A DNA stretch of 64,000 nt from Phoronis australis (lineage: Eukaryota; Animalia; Phoronida), in assembly GCA_002633005.1 (NCBI GenBank), contig NMRA01000022.1, positions 1,232,518 to 1,296,517 of the forward strand, given 5' to 3'. Below the pieces are notes generated by a model. That model did no database searches, had not been told where the DNA came from, and saw nothing but the letters and a program-made list of their open reading frames with translations. A program made the position numbers and the translations under genes. Positions 39,001 to 51,050 of this stretch are shown in pieces. Within the stretch, counting starts at the first letter, position 1; the number at the start of each line of letters is the position of its first letter.

Positions 39001-41599
39001 CCAATCGAGGAACGTTTTGTATTTATGCCTTACGCTTCGAATTCCGAAGTTTCTTTCATTTTTTCTATAGATTTTTTAAATAATTCACTCAGACTGTTCA
39101 CGTGGCGGATCACTTCCTGTATGTATGTACTTGCGTGGTAGGTTGCAAGTTTTCTCATGTGAACGAAACAGTTTTAAATGTAACGCTTTATTACTTGAAA
39201 AGAGATAACAAAGATGAAAACAATGCTAACTGTGCATTGAACATGTAACATCTCCTGAAAATAGTTAAATAACAATAATATTTGATATTGCAGTTACCGA
39301 GGAATCGGCATCTGAGCTGCAGACGATATAATATTTAGCAATTGAAAACTGAGACAGAAGTGTCATATTTATGTAATTAACAGTTTTGTACCAGATGTTA
39401 CGTTTAGGGCCTGACTGCATGTTGAGTGTTACTTCTATTGCTACAATTTTATTGCTTTTTACTATATTCGGAAAGTTTGATGACCGAACCGGCTAAAGAC
39501 GTGGAGTCGACATTTACTTACCTTTTGAACTTTCCGTGTCAGAGGTCACTGCTGAAGTAGTGCAGGAAGTCAATACAGGCGTACGGACTAACACCCGGCG
39601 AGAGAAACGCTACTCCAGAGCATTGAGAGGCAATCTTGGCTAATACAGAACTCGCCAAATAAGAGACATACACATGTACACCTCTAACAAATGGCTTACA
39701 AGAGGAATTAAGCAGACACGGCGCACTGAACTCGGCTGTTCATTCCATAAGTAGTTCAAAAGCGCAAGTACTAAAGTCTGTCACCAGATGAATGTCGAAG
39801 AGATCCCTTTATTAAAGAGGCCTGAATCTCGATAAACAGACTAAATTCACGCAATATTGAAAGTATTTTTTCTGCCACTGAAACAGAATTTAACCTGCTC
39901 ACAAGGTATTATAGGGTTTGTTGGTAAAAAAGTTTTATTTGTGTCGATATCAAAGTATTTTCTTTTAGTTTCAAATTTCAAAACAACGATCTGTGAATTA
40001 CTCATCACTTCGTCGATTGTTCTCCCACAATGCAAAAGACGTACTCTCCTTATTTGGTATGGCAAGACATAGACATAGCTTATTTCCCTTTTATGGACAG
40101 TGTAACCTTTGACATCAAACGAATTCAAGCACATGACTGTTTGGGCATGCGCCCATTTGTTATAAGTGTTAGGGAGATTAGAATCTCTGTGGTAATCACA
40201 GGATTTTTCTCTCTGGGCGTATTTCAAAAATCGGGAATTTTGTGACGTTTTCTGGAAACGTTCTCACCTTCAAAGGGAAAAGTGAATTACTCTCTACTAG
40301 ACGTTGCGAGATGGTTCTTTCGTCAGAAATTGCTTAAAAGATATTTTTGACCAGCTTTCGCTTTCCATGCCTCTTTAAAGTCACTATTTCCTTTACTTTC
40401 GCCTGCTTAGATCACAAATTGACCTTTGCCAATCGAAAGATATCACTAAAATTAACTCTTTTCGTAAATTACAGCCATGTACATACTCTCGTTATTTTAC
40501 TATTAATTTTTTTAATTTATAAAAAGTGGGCGGACCTTCAGCAAAACCTCATTATTTATGCGGGGTTGCCAGTGGAGAGATTACCCATAATGCACACGAA
40601 TCAGCTGACGGAAGAGAAACATGTCAAGCACAAGCGGCCGAGGTGAGTTAGGTGTTTTGGGACTTCTTGCCAGCTAAACAAGAAATCAGAATGTACAAAC
40701 ATTTGGAAATCACAGCTTGATTCTTACTCGTAAACAACAAGATTAATTTGTTCTNTGGTGCACCACACAAAATGAAAAAATTAAGCTAAAAAAATCTGTA
40801 TTAAATTCAGTTCACTATAAAAAAATTCGATGCCATGGCAAAGGCTATTATTTGGGCTTAGGTTTCGAATAAAAGTGTTTGCGTAAAGATCCGTTTCATG
40901 AAGTTTTTAACAAAAATGAAGCGGAAATAGTGCCTTTAAGAAGCTGTCTTTGACGTTATCACTGATCACTGAAAGCCCTTGATTGCACGCAGTTCTCAAG
41001 ACACATGAAAAGGCATAACTGATCGCTTATACACTAGAACAGGTTTCTTAACTATGAAGGGAGTCAACAAAGACATGCTTTGTTATGCAACAAAATGACC
41101 CAAGATTTGTAATTTTAGACTTTTTGTACCTTACATCCCACATTCAGGAATTCTTCGTTGCAAGAGATGAAACAAGAGTCCGAATGCTCTGTAACTCTAG
41201 AATCCAGAAATTTAGGTTAATTTTTTCCATTATCAACCAGGTTTTTGGCAATTTCTAATTGTCCGAAGCCGTATTTGGATTTGCGTCAAAAATTCAGCAC
41301 CGAGTATTCCACAAAATTGCCGTCAAACTTGGTCCGTTCCATTTTCTTCATTTTTGGAGAAAGCTAAAAAGGTTCGAACCGTGGTCTTAAGCCTAAGGTT
41401 TGGATCGTTTTCGTGTAAAAGCTATCATTCAATTGCATGATTTTGCGTGGTCTTGCGAGATCTCTCTTTTCTTGGGGCTAGAAACTTGGCCGTGGCTGCG
41501 TATTTGAATTCCCGTATTCAGCACTCCTGCACATCTCGGCTATGAGATGAAATTATATTGATTGTACAACACTGGCGCTGTGCGCACGACCGGCTTCGC

Positions 41600-41746
41600 T
41601 GTCTTTGACTTCAGAATCGTCGTTAAGCCGGAGTGAAATGTGACAATACACAACCAAGAATATTTAATCCAGTTTATCCCACTTCCTAGAGTCGGTATTA
41701 CAGCCAACGGCACAGCAGTGTGACAGCAGTAATACTTCTCCGGCAT
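41600..41746 (-). pseudogene. THAP-domain N-terminal remnant
   Basis: Across frameshifts reads MPEK..SHCCAVGCNTDSRKWDKLD..YSWLCIVTFH. Confidence 0.55.
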
Positions 41747-43140
41747 GACTTAAATACACCTGTATTATATAAAATATAAAGTATTCAGACGACAGTTGCG
41801 AAAGCGAGGCTGCTGAGCTGCCTGCTGTATCTGGAGGTTTACCGCTATTTTGTACCTCACGGCATGGGAGAGCGAGTCATGACTAAAGATAATATAGGAA
41901 AAAACAAGTTTAATTTTGTAATGCACAATGTAGTCTTAGATGATCAGAACTGGATCTAAGATCAGTATCAAGGTGTCAAGGAAATTACTAGTTGTGTACT
42001 CTCAACAGTCCGCTGTGAATGCATCAGTGGGTGGGTTTTCGTGCCAAAGATAACCAAACGATGGCGCGCCACACCCATTGCTTTTGAAGTGCAATAGAAA
42101 TGTTGAACTGGAGAAAAAGTCATTTAGTGTTCTGGTGGTTTGAACTCTTATCAGCTGCGTCACATACTGACTGACGTTTCCTGTCTGACAGTCACGATCG
42201 AGGTTCATTGCACCAAACACCATAAGGTAAATTTGATTGCTTGCACGACGTAACGAGAATTCCGAACAAGTAACAGGGTCAGTCAATTATGCAAGGATGC
42301 CTGTCAGTCAAAGTTTTTTAAATACCAAGTTGGGGAACTGCGAACAGCCTAAAGCCAAACAGAGTTGTAGTACGTAACTATATAATTGTACGTGGCGGGT
42401 ATTTGTAAGGAATTAACGTTGATATCGATTAGAACACTTTTCCGATTGCAAATACACCTGTGCATGTGTATATCCCATGACCTTCTCCCAAAAATGTACA
42501 TTCACGAAACCTTTTGCAGAAACGAGTCAGTGCCCATGCCGATGGTCAAGAGACAGTGATAGACTTGCGGTCACGTGACACCAGAGGGGGGTGTTAACAT
42601 ATGTTATATGGTGTACCTGTACATGACACGATTGCTGTTCAGATTGGATTTTTCATGGTTGCTTTACTTATGAAATTGCGAAAGGGTTGCCTTCTGAAAA
42701 AAGACGTTTTTTAGAAAATTAGCCGTCTCACAGAGCTCTCTATTGAATATCATGATCGATCATTGTATGCGTTTCCTTCACTTGAACATAAAATGGACGC
42801 ATTTTTGTAATTAATGTCATCCCGATCAAACAATCGTCATCTCCGTCATCTTAGCAATTTTTATCATCGACAGATGTCACACTCGTACACTTTGCAAACT
42901 ACCTCCATCCTCTCCTATCCTCTACTTGTCAGGCATGTATTTCATCAGACTCCAACACCTTTGTTCTGTAATACTCATTGTTGTAGTGAGTGAGTTACAT
43001 GTATTTCAAGTTGAAACACAAGTAATTCAAATTTGAACAAAATGTTGAAGAACTCCGTTGTCGCCATCAGATTACCAGGTCGACACCAAGTTCTGAGAAG
43101 GTACCCTAAGCTCACTTTGCAATCTCAATGCAGTTAATTA

Positions 43141-43445
43141 CATAGGCGGATTTAGGGGGAGGCAGGGGGCCGGGCCCCCCCTCCCCTTGGCTGGTGCATG
43201 AAAAATAAATGGCAGCACCAGCGTGAAGAAACGAGTGCACCAATTTGGAATGGCAGCGGGGGGGCAGAGGGAAGCGGAATCGTGTTCCGGTTTTTGTTAG
43301 TCCTCCAATAGAATTTGGCAACATCAGGTCCATATCGCCAGCCCCCGCAACTTTCGGGGTACCTGTGCATACAATCGCGCTTTGCTCAATTCTCCGAGGC
43401 AACATCTTGCCCCCCCCCCCTTATAGTATCCTAGATCGGCCACTG
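43141..43445. mobile_element. hAT-like MITE (CATAGGCGGAT...ATCGGCCACTG)
   Basis: Terminal inverted repeats with G-run/C-run subterminal tracts. Same style as 56673-56805 and 62260-62557. Confidence 0.65.
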
Positions 43446-43789
43446 AATCAATTCCTTATTTTAAAGTCACATAACTTGCCTTATGTCTGAAGTCCACACA
43501 TCCACACATGCGCAGATAACGTTCACCGCCGAAGGGAAATTTGAAACTTTGAAAATGCCCGGGGTGTTCCAATGGGTAGAAATACCGTGTGCAGAGAGAC
43601 TTGCGATAGGGGTCATCTAAGCCAGCATGCGTCGGCGCCAGTTGATCTGTCGGAGAGATATGCTATTTAGAGGTCACTTCGTTTTAGTAGCATTTCAAGT
43701 AACCAGAAGATCCGTTTTATCATACGAGTAATTATATGAAGCGTCTACGCATAATCCACTGCCAGCTCCCAAGGCGGGTAGCATTGACT

Positions 43790-45560
43790 GGAAGTGTTTG
43801 GAAGTCGATATTACAGTCACTGAAGCCCTAACTACGATAAAAAATATGAAGAACGGCAAAACACTTTGCCCTGAAGGATTTGTTGCTGAATGCAGTATTT
43901 TTTCAGAAGCGACATCTCTGTCTTCCTGACTAATTCCTTCAATTTTAGCTTCAAGAGGGATTTTATGCCCTCATGGTAGGCTCAAAGTGGGATTTCTCTT
44001 ATACCGAAAGGTATAAAACAACGTGAATACTTAAAGCATTGGCGGCCGATTTCAATTCTCAGTATTCGCTATAAAATATTATCGTGATGGATTGCCCAAG
44101 GAAATAAAGGTGTCATAGGTAAAACTATTCATGACAACCAAAAAGGTTTTGTCAAAGGAAGAAATACCAGTGAGAATAAAAGAACTATTTACGATGTATT
44201 ACAGTTTACAGATTTAATAGTTCAAATCGATATCGAGAAGTCCTTTGGCTCTATTTCTTTGAAAACGATTTATAACAGTGTAGTTTTCTTTTTTTTATTG
44301 TGGCAAAAATCTCATTGACTGGGTTCGCTTGTTGAATACCAATGCCAGACTTATTGTGATACAGCACAGTATAACATTAGAATACTTTGTTGCCGGTCGT
44401 GGATATCGCCAAGGAGATCCAGTCTCGCCTACATTTTTTATCGTTTGTGCTGAAATACGGTCTATCATTAACATCCCACAGACTAATTTGAAACTTTTGT
44501 AATACGCTGACGACACTATTCTCTTCACTATTCTATTCTTCTTCTGACTCTCTTAAGCACTCCTTGGATCTCTTGGACCAGTTTCATACATTTTCAGGTC
44601 TCAGTCCTAATGTAGAAAAAACTCATTGTATCTAGATTGGAAGATGGGAGGGCTGTGACATTCGTTTGCGCCCTAAAATAACTTTGCCCTAGGTCCAAGA
44701 CACGTTTTGATATCTTAGGAATAACCTTTAGCACAAATAAATTGTCTATTTAAATTTTGATAGTAAATTTTGAGAAAAATTCAAGGATTTGTTGGACTAG
44801 TCCAATAGATCTCTGACCACTCTGGATAGAATTACTGTTGTTAAACCTTTCACACTTGCTTAGCTCGTATATTTATTTACACCATCACCGTCACCAATAA
44901 AAGAAATTATTGAGTCTTTGGAACTTAACCGGTACATTAGGGGCATTGGTTATATCTATGATTTTCTTGCAGGTATTGGTCATCTAATGTCACATCAATG
45001 TTTTTGAGCGACGTGTGGCTTCTCGCCACCATTCACCCTCTTTTTGGGCTTCGAAATGCAATTCGACAAGTACACTGTAATTCGCTGATGTGCGAATTTT
45101 GAGTTTAAAGTTCGTCTTCCACATTGCTCCATTTTAAATTCAACTTTGATTTCGAGCCTAACAATCTACAAGATAATTTACACACGCTTAGTTGAGAAAA
45201 GCTATAAAAAACAACAAAATATGAGGAGGACTGGCATGTTTCTTTGAGCATTGCATCTTCTCGGGATTGGTAGAAAATTGGCATTTTGGACTCAGAAATC
45301 TGTCTGGGGACATTGTACATTTACATTTGTTTTGGTCTTGTGAACTTGTTTCTACATTTTGGAAGTCTGTCGATAGTCGGATAGGTAATAAATTTATCTT
45401 ATCTCTCCAACCTAGCTTTGTTGAACTTATTTTTTGACAAATTCAATGAGACAAAGATCATTAATTGCCTTTTTGTCTCGCAAAATGTTGTGTCTACAAA
45501 GACTGGCGAAGAGAGCACCATGTCTTGAATTATTTAAAAGAGAAATTCACGGCTACTGTA
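43790..45560 (+). mobile_element. Tx1/L1-clade LINE reverse transcriptase pseudogene
   Basis: Motifs IKNMKNGKT.CPEGF, LIPKG, WRPISIL..YKILS, QKGFVKGR, IDIEKSF, RGYRQGDPVSP..F, YADDT and FSGLSPNVEKT, with many stops and frameshifts. Confidence 0.9.
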
Positions 45561-45567
45561 TAATTGA

Positions 45568-45790
45568 AATATATATACATTGTACATACACACACACACA
45601 CACACAAACACACACAAACACACACATGCACATACATATACACATACATATACACACATACGTATATGCGTAAGTATGTATGTACATACATACGTACGTA
45701 CGTATGTGTTTATATGTATGTGTATACGTACATGTATGTGCATGTGTGTGTGTGTGTTCATACATACATACATGTACATTTATATATAGG
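45568..45790. repeat. Compound CA/TA/TACA/TG microsatellite, alternating purine-pyrimidine
   Basis: Visible directly. The CA-rich left half is mirrored by a TG-rich right half around tacgtacgta. Confidence 0.95.
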
Positions 45791-46699
45791 CTCCTATAAT
45801 ACCTTTGTTTTGTCAATGTTTCCTTCTTTTTTCTGGTTTCCACGGAGTGTGTGAATGTGTGTTTGCCTATGTTTAGTTCAAACTACCAAGGCTTTCCTAA
45901 ACAATTGCTGTATTTCTAATAAAAACCTGAGTAGGCGATCGCTTTCGTAATACTTTGTGTGTTCTGAATTAAATGATTTGTATTCCAAAAACATTTCCTC
46001 TAAGAGGCGCACCATCGGCTTTTGATATCCATAAAAAGTCCAGAGCAACCTACACAGCTCTGAAAAGCGGCACTAGTAAGTGAAGCTTAACAATTTGTGT
46101 AGCATTGCTACAATTGGCGGCGCCACTGCATAACAGAACGTTCCGGAACATTAGTCAGTTTTTATTCCAGTATTAGACTCAAACTTGATCTGTTTTCTCA
46201 ACTAGATTTCTCAAAAATTCCATTCTTTTATTAGTGGGTGTGCTTTATATAAGCCTGTGCATGTATGTACCGTCCCTGTATTGTTTATATCGCACAGGCA
46301 AGGGTACCGTGAAAAAAGTAATATGAAGTTTGTGGAGCATCAAGTATTTTTCTGCATTAAGCACATATATACCGAAATACCATCGGATTGCCCCTGGACT
46401 TTTAACGACGCCACCAGGAGTCTCTTTCATGAAAAATCAGAAACTTGGTCTCACGCTCCCACTTCCCAGTTATCTATTATGATCATAGGTGGCGCACCAT
46501 AAGGGGTTTAGGGCTATAGCCCCCCGCCCCCCACTTTTTCAGTGCTGTGCCGCCATGGTGATCAATGCTTGGAAATAATTTGGGCAAATTTTGTCATTTA
46601 GTATCAGTTACTGATGATAAACAATTATGTAGAACGTAAGTTTCCTTTCACTCTTATGAAACAGACCAGCTCCAGTAATTTACATGTAGGTTGAAATGG

Positions 46700-47060
46700 T
46701 ATTCTAGACCTTGTTCGTGCTGAGGAGAACAGGCGCGTGCATTTCTTGTCAGTTCGTAACTTCGTTGTTCTCGTCAGCCGTCCCAGTGAGGGTTTAACAC
46801 AACCTGTTCATTACCATTTGTGTCCCCGCTTGTCAACAATAATACTAAGAGGAGTTTTGTCCAATTTCTCACAAAGGTTTGAGATGAGGGCTGAGTGTTC
46901 GTGGCCAATCAACGTGACTACAGTCATTCACCACCAGATGTCCTTCGTTGTTGTCACACATAGAGTCGGGTTTTTGAGTGCTCAGTCCAAAGCCTGCTTT
47001 TTCAATGACCTTGTCAACCTTACAGTCAAACTTCATAACGACATTGTGGCGACCGACATA
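46700..47060 (-). mobile_element. RTE-clade LINE 3' fragment
   Basis: VDWPRTLS...EKLDKTPLSIIVDKRGHKW resembles the RTE IxWPxxIS...RRxxWxGH region. Confidence 0.5.
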
Positions 47061-47559
47061 ATGCAACAATAGCAATTGCTTTTTGAAATAAGTGACGTGT
47101 GCATTCTAACCACACTGACTTTCATGACCTGACACTTATCAATGTACTTCACACAACATTTGCTTTGTTTTTGCCATCGGTAACAAAAATCTTTCCCTTG
47201 TTGTTACTGAAATCGCCTTATAACACAACACAATACAAAACAGTACAATGTAATACCTTACCACACAGACCTAATTAGGGTGTCAATAAACCAAGCTACA
47301 TGTACGAGGTAAAAATAACCTAAAGCGGATGACCATTATACGGATGACACAAAAGGGTGGTTATTTATTTTCATCGCGGTTCATCCTATATAACATTAGT
47401 TTAATACGAAAATGATTAGTTAAACAGCAGATTAAACAAACTAATGCATAAATGGAGAAACCTACACTAGTCCCAGGTTTAAGACATGCCCAAGACGTCA
47501 TGGAAATTGCGTCAAAATTTTGACTGGTGAGGGATTTTGACGAAATTTACACATGGACC

Positions 47560-47770
47560 GTAAAAATGACCTTTTTGCCCGAAAACTGGAAAACTTTCAA
47601 TCACATGACGCTACTTTTATAAGAACGCGCTTGCGCAGTGTAAATCAAACCCAGATACTGATTGTTAATAGCTTTTAAACTTAACAATTGTGAATTGTGT
47701 ATAGCTTTCGTAACAAACGCTCAAGTTAGAATCTAATAAATACTCTTTGAAGTTGTAGCATTAGAACTTA
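47560..47770 (-). mobile_element. MITE family A partial copy 3
   Basis: Reverse complement matches about 16255-16460 (acaattgttaag, tgcgcaagcg, gcgtcatgtg). Confidence 0.7.
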
Positions 47771-48599
47771 AACCTTTCACACCATGATCAAAAATGCTTG
47801 AATTCCGTTACCAACAATTTGGTATGGTGTTTTAAGTATTTAATCTTCAATTGATGTACTTTTAATCAAGAAATAAACCCAAAAAAAATAAATAAAGGAT
47901 TTTTGTGTGACATCATTAGTGGATCCTCGCTGGCTCCCTACGTGCCTAGCCAGCACGCAGGTATCATGCAGTGGCACGCGCTTTAGCATTAGTTGATGTA
48001 ACCTCGGCAGTCATTGGTTAGCTTTACAACAATGTGAAAAAATGGCGGACTATGAACGATGTCATGCAAGTGGCGTAGCAGCAATTATTTCGTTTCTTCA
48101 GTAATGTTGATAGCCGCGTGCTTGAAGCACATACATGTACAATAAACACATATCTGGTCGATTTAACCGGTGTGTTATTCATAATCTATGATTACAGGAA
48201 AGTATGGTAAACAAAAGTCATCGGCAGTAGAAAGATGCTCTTCGAAAAGGCGCAACCACAATTTCTGGGATTCACATTTCATGAACATAAATTTTAAGCA
48301 CCGATTTGTCTGTACAACAGACCACTTTTACACTTGCTCCATCAGTCATGCCAGTTTGTTTGCGTAAAGCGCTGTGTGTTGAGAATTCGACCAGCTAATC
48401 CGAAACGCCGGTGTAAAAAAATTCCCGAGGAACTGAATTAAGTGATGCCGGCGTGTTGGCTACCGCGTAGCGGCACGAGGAAAGCACCGAGTAGTGGCCT
48501 AAAGTTGCATGTTCGGAAGATGCAGTAATACATGTAGCAATCTGACAGACAAAGTGACGATTCGGAAATTTAATATTGTGTTCACTGTATGAGAGTTCC

Positions 48600-51050
48600 A
48601 TTGCAGAGACAACAGTCGTGAGTTGTGTGAGGTCTAACAAAGGCGCCAGAACAGACGGGTTTGTGGAGAATGTTGTCCCGTTGTACTCCCCCGATCAATT
48701 CAAGAGCCACTGCCCTATGACAGTTTCTGTTTTTGAGGTACTGCGCAACGACTTGTCATATTGTAGAGCGCGGCTTTCTCTAGCCTAAATTCTTCAGCAA
48801 ATAGAGTTAGATTTTTAGAGCTGAAACATCTACACAGTCTACATTTCTTGTGCTGTCAACAAATCACAAATGCTATGAAACAGAGAGATAAATCATGACA
48901 CAGTTTAAATTTGTAAGTTTTCAGTGTATTGACAGTTCTCGTCAGCTCCTAGCAATAACCAATAAGTACTAGTTGGCCAGTAACCTAAAGCATATCACTT
49001 ACTCATCAGTTGCACTTCTGTGAGCCTGTCTCGTGAAAGTAGTACTAGTACTAACAGTATGGCTGCCCCCACGGTATTTTCAGTGAGCATCGCTTAAGAA
49101 GAACTAAGCACCTGTATTATTGACAGTTTTAGGCGAGAAATGTTTTTTGAAAATGTAAAAACTCGTCCTTTGTATCCAAAAAGCACTACTATCTTCAATA
49201 GTCAAGATTATGCTCCGTGAACAAAATCAACTGTCATTTGATTTCCCTTTCAGTTGCTGTGCCATTGAATAAGCCCCCATTTGGAGTTGGGAAGAACAGT
49301 GTCTCTATAGAAAAAGATTTTGGCCACAGTTTGGGTAATGTCTAACAAGGTATCGTATCGGAGTATGGCAGACCGGATTGACCTATCCAAATGGTCAATG
49401 CACACAGTCTTATATCGTGTGTGTGACATTCTAATCAATCTCCATGGTAAGTGTTGTTACTGCTCTTTAAATATTACACAAGTCATATTAAATACAGTTT
49501 TGGCAATGCATAATGTGTAAATATCAGTAACGATGTTTTATTAATAAATGTTTTTGACTGTCAACAAGAAAATTTCACTGAACATTGTCAGTCACGAATG
49601 TTGTTTTTTCGACATATTTTGTCATAAAAATAATTGTAGATGACGTTATCAAGTGGCCTGGAGGTGGAGACTGGACAAGCTTAGCAAGGGAGCACCAGCG
49701 TATTGCTGGCATTCCAGATGTCATAGGTGCCATAGATGGCACTTATATCATGATCAACGGAGTCAATACGGATACCAGAGCTTCATCCATATGCGGAAAA
49801 GGGTTTCCTACAATGCATCTACAGGTGACGTTTCCATATTTCTAGCTGCTGAATGATGTTCCTACCCATCTTTACCATTATGTAAAGTTTCAATTCTTTT
49901 GAGCTACATCAAACCTTTTTAACTATAAGTAATCTTAATATGTCGGTAATTTATTAAATATACCCTGAAAATGATCACTGAGGGCATAATTTGTCATGTC
50001 CTCAATAGAAAGCTATTTGATCTATTTTTATGAAAATCTGTCATTGAAATCTTACCATACTAAAATGTAAATATATAAGTTGATCAACATCTTTATAGAA
50101 AAACATTTGTCAAGTTTAATGAAGATCCTGCAAGGGGTTATGGAGACCCAGTTTCAGAACTAGGAGCCTCGAAGTAGTTGGGCTCGTCTGAAAATTTGTG
50201 ACAGCTGTAATCCTTTCAATAGGAGCCCATATGCCAATTTTGTAGACGATACAGAGGAGAACGGCAGAAAATATAGTGAATCAGAACTGGATTCTTTTGA
50301 CAAGGCTTTCCAACCTTGTCCCCCAACATTGACAATTAAAAACTATGGATGGTTGTCCACATTGATTGTGTGGCTGGGCACCTTTTTATTTACATGTAAT
50401 TCCGTGTACAAAAATCAGCTATCGATGGATGATAGATGAACTTTCTCCAACTCGTCAATGGCGCAGAAAATCATAGTTTGCAATATTGCTGGTGTCTCTC
50501 ACAAATCTTTGATAGAATTGCTTCATAAATCCACGTTGTTCATTATCTCATTTCTATCCAGGCAATTAACCACATGACTTGGGCGAAAGTCACTAATCGT
50601 AATCATTTGAACTGGTTAGTACTAAAAATGATTTGGGCGTACTATCAATTTAAAGGTTGTCTGCAATAGAAGCTTGCTCTTTGCTCGTCATCTGTGGTTA
50701 TCCTGGATCAGAACACGACAGTCGTGTGTTTCGGAACTCGTCTCTATGTCAATCTTTGGACTCGTTGACTGACAGATTGTCAGCAGAGTACCATTTTATC
50801 GGATACTCCGCATATCAAAGCAAGAACTATATGTTGGATCCGTTTTGCGATAATGGACATCTTACAGAAAAAAGAACTTCAAATTAGCTCATTCAAGAGC
50901 ACGCTTAGCTGTGTGTAGAACGGTCTACAGAACTCCTGAAAGGTAATTAATTTCTTCGACTGAAAGATAGGAAAACGACTGATGAACTAAATATTGTAAG
51001 GTTCACATTCAGTAGCTGTGTTCTGCATAACTTCCGATATAAAGGTGTAT
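48600..51050 (+). pseudogene. PIF/Harbinger (HARBI1-like, DDE_Tnp_4) transposase pseudogene with introns
   Basis: Exons about 48600-48737 (GFVENVVPLYSPDQFKSH), 49254-49446 (VWVMSNKVSYRSMADR), 49640-49824 (IKWP...VIGAIDGTYI...MHLQ) and 50656-51050 (GYPGSEHDSRVFRNS, IGYSAY, VER..LKG, CVLHNF). Frameshifted, and the second catalytic Asp is lost. Confidence 0.92.

Noticed and set aside
45434-45854. His/Thr/Tyr/Val/Cys-rich ORFs
   Set aside because: Translations of a microsatellite.
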